Below, piece after piece: positions 58,691 through 64,000 of a DNA stretch of 64,000 nt. The notes under the pieces were generated by a model that saw only the letters and a program-made list of their open reading frames with translations, had not been told where the DNA came from and did not search any database. Numbering within the stretch: the stretch's first letter is position 1; each line of letters starts with the position of its first letter. This DNA comes from Escherichia coli. Its GTDB lineage: Bacteria; Pseudomonadota; Gammaproteobacteria; Enterobacterales; Enterobacteriaceae. The position numbers were made by a program, and so were the translations under genes. The stretch lies in the NCBI RefSeq assembly GCF_002854065.1, contig NZ_CP024147.1. One strand, given 5' to 3'.

Positions 58691-60708
58691 TGGATGCCCT
58701 GCAATTATTAACCTGGTCGCTGATCCTCTATCTGTTTGCCAGTCTGGCTTCGCTGTTTTTACTCGGTCTGGACAGACTGGCTATTAAGCTTTCCGGCATC
58801 ACATCGCTGGTGGGCGGCGTGATTGGCATTATCAGCGGAATTACGCAATTACATGCAGGCGTAACTTTAGTCGCCCGTTTTGCCACCCCTTTTGACTTTG
58901 CCGATTTAACCCTGCGAATGGATAGCCTCTCGGCATTTATGGTGCTGGTTATCTCCTTGCTGGTGGTGGTTTGTTCGCTCTATTCATTGACTTATATGCG
59001 CGAATACGAGGGCAAAGGCGCGGCGGCGATGGGCTTCTTTATGAATATTTTCATCGCATCGATGGTTGCCCTGCTGGTGATGGACAACGCTTTTTGGTTC
59101 ATCGTGCTGTTTGAAATGATGTCACTGTCTTCCTGGTTTCTGGTCATTGCCAGGCAGGATAAAAGGTCGATCAACGCTGGCATGCTCTACTTTTTTATCG
59201 CCCACGCCGGATCGGTGCTGATAATGATCGCCTTCTTGCTGATGGGGCGCGAAAGCGGCAGCCTCGATTTTGCCAGTTTCCGCACGCTTTCACTTTCTCC
59301 GGGGCTGGCGTCGGCGGTGTTCCTGCTGGCCTTTTTCGGTTTTGGCGCGAAAGCCGGGATGATGCCGTTGCACAGCTGGTTGCCGCGCGCTCACCCTGCC
59401 GCACCATCGCACGCTTCGGCGTTGATGTCTGGCGTAATGGTCAAAATCGGTATTTTCGGCATCCTGAAAGTGGCGATGGATCTGCTGGCGCAAACGGGTT
59501 TGCCGCTGTGGTGGGGCATTCTGGTGATGGCGATCGGCGCAATCTCCGCGCTCCTGGGCGTGCTGTATGCGCTGGCGGAACAGGATATCAAACGGCTGCT
59601 GGCCTGGAGTACCGTCGAAAACGTCGGCATTATTTTGCTGGCAGTCGGTGTGGCGATGGTCGGTCTGTCACTGCACGACCCGCTGCTCACCGTGGTTGGA
59701 CTGCTCGGCGCACTGTTTCATCTGCTCAACCATGCGCTGTTCAAAGGGCTGCTATTTCTCGGCGCGGGCGCGATTATTTCGCGTTTGCATACCCACGACA
59801 TGGAAAAAATGGGGGCACTGGCGAAACGGATGCCGTGGACAGCCGCAGCATGCCTGATTGGTTGCCTCGCGATATCAGCCATTCCTCCGCTGAATGGTTT
59901 TATCAGCGAATGGTACACCTGGCAGTCGCTGTTCTCACTAAGTCGTGTGGAAGCCGTAGCGCTACAACTTGCGGGTCCTATTGCTATGGTAATGCTGGCA
60001 GTCACTGGTGGGCTGGCAGTAATGTGCTTCGTCAAAATGTACGGTATTACTTTCTGTGGTGCGCCGCGCAGTACACACGCTGAAGAGGCACAGGAAGTGC
60101 CAAATACGATGATCGTCGCCATGCTACTGCTCGCGGCACTCTGCGTATTAATTGCGCTTAGTGCCAGTTGGCTGGCACCGAAGATAATGCATATTGCCCA
60201 TGCGTTTACCAATACCCCTCCCGTCACTGTCGCCAGCGGAATAGCACTTGTACCCGGCACGTTTCATACACAGGTCACCCCCTCATTACTGTTGCTGTTA
60301 CTACTGGCGATGCCTTTGCTGCCTGGCCTTTACTGGCTGTGGTGTCGTTCGCGCCGCGCAGCGTTTCGTCGCACAGGAGATGCCTGGGCATGCGGCTACG
60401 GCTGGGAAAATGCGATGGCCCCGTCAGGCAATGGCGTGATGCAGCCGCTGCGTGTGGTCTTTTCTGCGCTATTTCGTCTACGACAACAGCTCGACCCTAC
60501 GCTGAGGCTAAATAAAGGCCTTGCGCACGTCACCGCCAGGGCTCAGAGCACAGAACCCTTCTGGGATGAGCGGGTGATCCGCCCCATCGTGAGCGCCACC
60601 CAACGGCTGGCCAAAGAAATACAGCATCTGCAAAGCGGCGACTTTCGTCTCTATTGCCTGTATGTGGTTGCCGCACTGGTTGTGCTGCTAATCGCTATTG
60701 CCGTCTAA
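58690..60708 (+). CDS. hyfB: Hydrogenase-4 membrane subunit B (NuoL/MnhA-like antiporter subunit)
   Basis: 672-aa polytopic membrane ORF. Confidence 0.9.
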   Translation: MDALQLLTWSLILYLFASLASLFLLGLDRLAIKLSGITSLVGGVIGIISGITQLHAGVTLVARFATPFDFADLTLRMDSLSAFMVLVISLLVVVCSLYSLTYMREYEGKGAAAMGFFMNIFIASMVALLVMDNAFWFIVLFEMMSLSSWFLVIARQDKRSINAGMLYFFIAHAGSVLIMIAFLLMGRESGSLDFASFRTLSLSPGLASAVFLLAFFGFGAKAGMMPLHSWLPRAHPAAPSHASALMSGVMVKIGIFGILKVAMDLLAQTGLPLWWGILVMAIGAISALLGVLYALAEQDIKRLLAWSTVENVGIILLAVGVAMVGLSLHDPLLTVVGLLGALFHLLNHALFKGLLFLGAGAIISRLHTHDMEKMGALAKRMPWTAAACLIGCLAISAIPPLNGFISEWYTWQSLFSLSRVEAVALQLAGPIAMVMLAVTGGLAVMCFVKMYGITFCGAPRSTHAEEAQEVPNTMIVAMLLLAALCVLIALSASWLAPKIMHIAHAFTNTPPVTVASGIALVPGTFHTQVTPSLLLLLLLAMPLLPGLYWLWCRSRRAAFRRTGDAWACGYGWENAMAPSGNGVMQPLRVVFSALFRLRQQLDPTLRLNKGLAHVTARAQSTEPFWDERVIRPIVSATQRLAKEIQHLQSGDFRLYCLYVVAALVVLLIAIAV

Positions 60709-60718
60709 GGAAATCACC

Positions 60719-61666
60719 ATGAGACAAACTCTTTGCGACGGATATCTGGTCATTCTTGCGTTAGCACAGGCCGTGATTCTGCTGATGCTAACCCCACTTT
60801 TTACGGGTATTTCCCGGCAGATACGCGCGCGAATGCACTCCCGCCGCGGACCGGGGATCTGGCAGGATTATCGCGATATCCACAAACTGTTTAAACGCCA
60901 GGAAGTTGCGCCGACATCTTCAGGTCTGATGTTCCGCCTGATGCCGTGGGTATTAATCAGCAGCATGCTGGTGCTGGCGATGGCCCTACCACTATTTATT
61001 ACCGTTTCCCCTTTTGCGGGCGGCGGCGATCTGATCACCCTTATCTATCTTCTTGCCCTGTTTCGTTTTTTCTTTGCTCTTTCAGGGCTGGATACCGGAA
61101 GCCCGTTTGCGGGAGTCGGTGCCAGTCGCGAGTTGACGCTCGGCATTCTGGTCGAACCCATGCTCATTCTCTCACTGCTGGTATTGGCGCTGATAGCGGA
61201 TTCCACGCATATCGAGATGATCAGCAATACGCTGGCGATGGGCTGGAACTCGCCGCTAACCACCGTACTGGCGTTACTGGCCTGTGGTTTTGCCTGCTTC
61301 ATTGAGATGGGAAAAATTCCCTTTGATGTTGCTGAAGCAGAACAGGAATTACAGGAAGGCCCGCTGACAGAATATTCCGGTGCCGGGCTGGCGCTGGCGA
61401 AATGGGGGCTGGGGCTGAAACAGGTCGTGATGGCAGCACTGTTTGTGGCCCTGTTTCTGCCCTTTGAGCGCGCGCAAGAACTTTCTCTCGCCTGCCTGCT
61501 GACTTCACTTGTCGTTACGCTGCTCAAGGTTTTGCTGATTTTTGTACTGGCCTCAATCGCAGAAAACACGCTGGCACGCGGGCGTTTTTTACTCATTCAC
61601 CATGTGACCTGGCTTGGCTTCAGCCTTGCTGCGCTTGCATGGGTCTTCTGGTTAACCGGTCTGTAA
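60719..61666 (+). CDS. hyfC: Hydrogenase-4 membrane subunit C (NuoH-like)
   Basis: Polytopic membrane ORF; start refined to ATG at 60719 (MRQTLCDGYL). Confidence 0.85.
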   Translation: MRQTLCDGYLVILALAQAVILLMLTPLFTGISRQIRARMHSRRGPGIWQDYRDIHKLFKRQEVAPTSSGLMFRLMPWVLISSMLVLAMALPLFITVSPFAGGGDLITLIYLLALFRFFFALSGLDTGSPFAGVGASRELTLGILVEPMLILSLLVLALIADSTHIEMISNTLAMGWNSPLTTVLALLACGFACFIEMGKIPFDVAEAEQELQEGPLTEYSGAGLALAKWGLGLKQVVMAALFVALFLPFERAQELSLACLLTSLVVTLLKVLLIFVLASIAENTLARGRFLLIHHVTWLGFSLAALAWVFWLTGL

Positions 61667-61682
61667 GGAGCACTGACGGAAT

Positions 61683-63122
61683 ATGGAAAATCTTGCTCTG
61701 ACGACGTTAATGCTGCCTTTTATCGGCGCACTGGTCGTTTCGTTTTCGCCACAACGTCGGGCCGCCGAATGGGGGGTTTTGTTCGCCGCGCTGACCACGC
61801 TGTGCATGTTGTCGCTGATCTCCGCGTTTTATCAGGCCGATAAAGTTGCCGTCACGTTGACGTTGGTCAACGTGGGGGATGTGGCATTGTTTGGCCTGGT
61901 CATTGATCGCGTGAGTACGCTGATTCTGTTTGTGGTGGTGTTTCTCGGTTTGCTGGTCACGATCTACTCCACGGGTTATCTGACGGATAAAAATCGCGAA
62001 CACCCGCATAACGGCACGAATCGTTATTACGCATTTTTGCTGTTGTTTATCGGCGCGATGGCGGGACTGGTACTCTCCTCGACGCTGCTCGGTCAGTTGT
62101 TGTTTTTTGAAATTACGGGCGGCTGCTCCTGGGCGTTGATCAGTTATTACCAGAGCGATAAAGCACAGCGTTCAGCACTAAAAGCGTTACTTATCACTCA
62201 TATCGGCTCGTTGGGGTTGTATCTTGCCGCCGCCACGCTGTTTTTGCAGACCGAAACGTTTGCGCTTAGCGCGATGAGCGAGTTACACGGCGACGCACGT
62301 TATCTGGTTTATGGCGGCATCCTGTTTTCCGCGTGGGGGAAATCGGCCCAGCTACCGATGCAAGCGTGGCTACCGGACGCAATGGAAGCGCCAACACCGA
62401 TCAGCGCCTATCTCCACGCCGCATCGATGGTGAAAGTGGGCGTTTACATTTTTGCCCGCGCCATTATCGACGGCGGCAATATCCCGCATGTGATTGGCGG
62501 CGTTGGCATGGTCATGGCGCTGGTCACCATTCTTTATGGCTTCCTGATGTATTTGCCACAGCAGGATATGAAGCGGTTGCTGGCCTGGTCGACCATCACT
62601 CAACTTGGCTGGATGTTCTTCGGCTTGTCGCTCTCCATCTTCGGCTCGCGGCTGGCGCTGGAGGGCAGCATCGCCTACATCGTCAACCACGCGTTCGCTA
62701 AAAGCCTGTTTTTCCTTGTAGCAGGTGCGCTGAGTTACAGCTGCGGCACGCGCTTGTTGCCGCGTCTGCGTGGCGTATTGCACACCCTGCCGTTGCCAGG
62801 CGTGGGTTTCTGCGTGGCAGCGCTGGCGATTACCGGCGTACCGCCGTTCAACGGCTTCTTCAGTAAATTCCCGCTGTTTGCTGCCGGTTTTGCGTTGTCA
62901 GTGGAGTACTGGATCCTGCTGCCCGCCATGATTCTGCTGATGATTGAATCGGTCGCCAGTTTCGCCTGGTTTATTCGCTGGTTTGGTCGCGTCGTCCCCG
63001 GCAAACCGAGCGAGGCCGTCGCCGATGCCGCACCGCTGCCAGGGTCAATGCGCCTGGTGCTGATTGTACTGATTGTGATGTCGCTGATTTCCAGCGTAAT
63101 CGCCGCGACCTGGTTGCAGTAA
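61683..63122 (+). CDS. hyfD: Hydrogenase-4 membrane subunit D (NuoM/N-like)
   Basis: 479-aa polytopic membrane ORF. Confidence 0.9.
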   Translation: MENLALTTLMLPFIGALVVSFSPQRRAAEWGVLFAALTTLCMLSLISAFYQADKVAVTLTLVNVGDVALFGLVIDRVSTLILFVVVFLGLLVTIYSTGYLTDKNREHPHNGTNRYYAFLLLFIGAMAGLVLSSTLLGQLLFFEITGGCSWALISYYQSDKAQRSALKALLITHIGSLGLYLAAATLFLQTETFALSAMSELHGDARYLVYGGILFSAWGKSAQLPMQAWLPDAMEAPTPISAYLHAASMVKVGVYIFARAIIDGGNIPHVIGGVGMVMALVTILYGFLMYLPQQDMKRLLAWSTITQLGWMFFGLSLSIFGSRLALEGSIAYIVNHAFAKSLFFLVAGALSYSCGTRLLPRLRGVLHTLPLPGVGFCVAALAITGVPPFNGFFSKFPLFAAGFALSVEYWILLPAMILLMIESVASFAWFIRWFGRVVPGKPSEAVADAAPLPGSMRLVLIVLIVMSLISSVIAATWLQ

Positions 63123-63133
63123 GGAGATGATGA

Positions 63134-63784
63134 ATGACCGGTTCTATGATCGTAAATAATCTGGCGGGACTGATGATGCTGACATCGCTGTTTGTGATTA
63201 GCGTCAAAAGCTATCGCCTGTCATGCGGATTTTACGCCTGCCAGTCGCTGGTGCTGGTGTCTATTTTCGCCACTCTCTCGTGCCTGTTCACCGCAGAGCA
63301 ACTGCTGATCTGGTCCGCCAGCGCCTTTATCACCAAAGTGCTGCTGGTACCGTTAATCATGACTTACGCTGCACGAAATATTCCCCAGAACATCCCGGAA
63401 AAAGCGTTATTCGGTCCGGCAATGATGGCACTGCTCGCGGCGTTAATTGTCCTGCTTTGCGCATTTGTCGTTCAGCCCGTGAAGCTACCGATGGCTACCG
63501 GACTGAAACCGGCGCTGGCGGTGGCGTTAGGTCATTTTCTGCTTGGCCTGCTGTGCATTGTTAGCCAGCGCAATATCCTGCGGCAAATTTTTGGTTACTG
63601 CCTGATGGAAAACGGCTCCCATCTGGTGCTGGCGCTTCTAGCCTGGCGTGCACCGGAACTGGTGGAAATTGGTATCGCTACCGACGCCATCTTCGCCGTC
63701 ATTGTGATGGTGTTACTGGCAAGAAAAATATGGCGTACCCACGGCACGCTGGACGTGAACAACTTGACCGCGCTGAAGGGATAA
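63134..63784 (+). CDS. hyfE: Hydrogenase-4 membrane subunit E
   Basis: 216-aa hydrophobic ORF. Confidence 0.9.
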   Translation: MTGSMIVNNLAGLMMLTSLFVISVKSYRLSCGFYACQSLVLVSIFATLSCLFTAEQLLIWSASAFITKVLLVPLIMTYAARNIPQNIPEKALFGPAMMALLAALIVLLCAFVVQPVKLPMATGLKPALAVALGHFLLGLLCIVSQRNILRQIFGYCLMENGSHLVLALLAWRAPELVEIGIATDAIFAVIVMVLLARKIWRTHGTLDVNNLTALKG

Positions 63785-63788
63785 TGAG

Positions 63789-64000
63789 ATGAGTTATTCT
63801 GTGATGTTCGCTTTACTCCTGCTCACGCCGCTGCTTTTTTCGCTGCTCTGTTTTGCCTGCCGGAAACGGGGGCACTCTGCGACTCGCACGGTGACAGTAT
63901 TACATTGCTTAGGGATCACACTGCTGCTGATTCTGGCACTCTGGGTGGTCCAAACTGCCGCTGATGCAGGAGAAATATTCGCTGCGGGACTGTGGCTTCA
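63789..64000 (+). CDS. hyfF: Hydrogenase-4 membrane subunit F, 5-prime partial (runs off the window)
   Basis: ATG at 63789 opens a hydrophobic frame ([20 protein letters not shown]) still open at the window end. Confidence 0.75.
   Translation, partial: MSYSVMFALLLLTPLLFSLLCFACRKRGHSATRTVTVLHCLGITLLLILALWVVQTAADAGEIFAAGLWL

Noticed and set aside
59508-60083. 191-aa plus-strand out-of-frame ORF inside hyfB
   Set aside because: Overlaps a polytopic membrane-protein gene in another frame; Arg/Gly-rich, no support.

Overview
This window reads as an Escherichia coli chromosomal segment with K-12-like gene order; all gene calls rest on reading the supplied ORF translations against recalled protein families and synteny, since no database search could be run. 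The core genes are intact and ordinary: ptsH-ptsI-crr, pdxK, yfeK, cysM, cysAWUP, ucpA, murR/murQP, yfeWXYZ, ypeA, amiA, hemF, then maeB, talA-tktB, ypfG, nudK, aegA, narQ, acrD, ypfM, yffB, dapE, ypfN, ypfH, tmcA, ypfJ, purC, bamC, dapA, gcvR, bcp and hyfABCDE plus the start of hyfF. The accessory region is 23.8-33.0 kb. Only eutR-eutK-eutL-eutC-eutB of the ethanolamine operon are present. They are followed by a degraded prophage island: a P4-type integrase, a winged-helix replication-initiator-like gene with iteron-like repeats, an AlpA-like regulator, four uncharacterised small ORFs and an orphan tail tape-measure-like gene. The island ends at a complete IS1 with no target-site duplication, 72 bp from the maeB stop, so eutS through eutA and the eut promoter are absent. 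The main candidate for something undescribed is the four-gene cassette at 27990-29571, whose function I cannot assign from sequence. Other points worth checking are a structured leader in front of the AlpA-like gene, a sigma-54 promoter overlapping the ORF-track start of hyfA, and a yfeK/cysM junction that appears to lack yfeS. No tRNA, rRNA or CRISPR array was seen.
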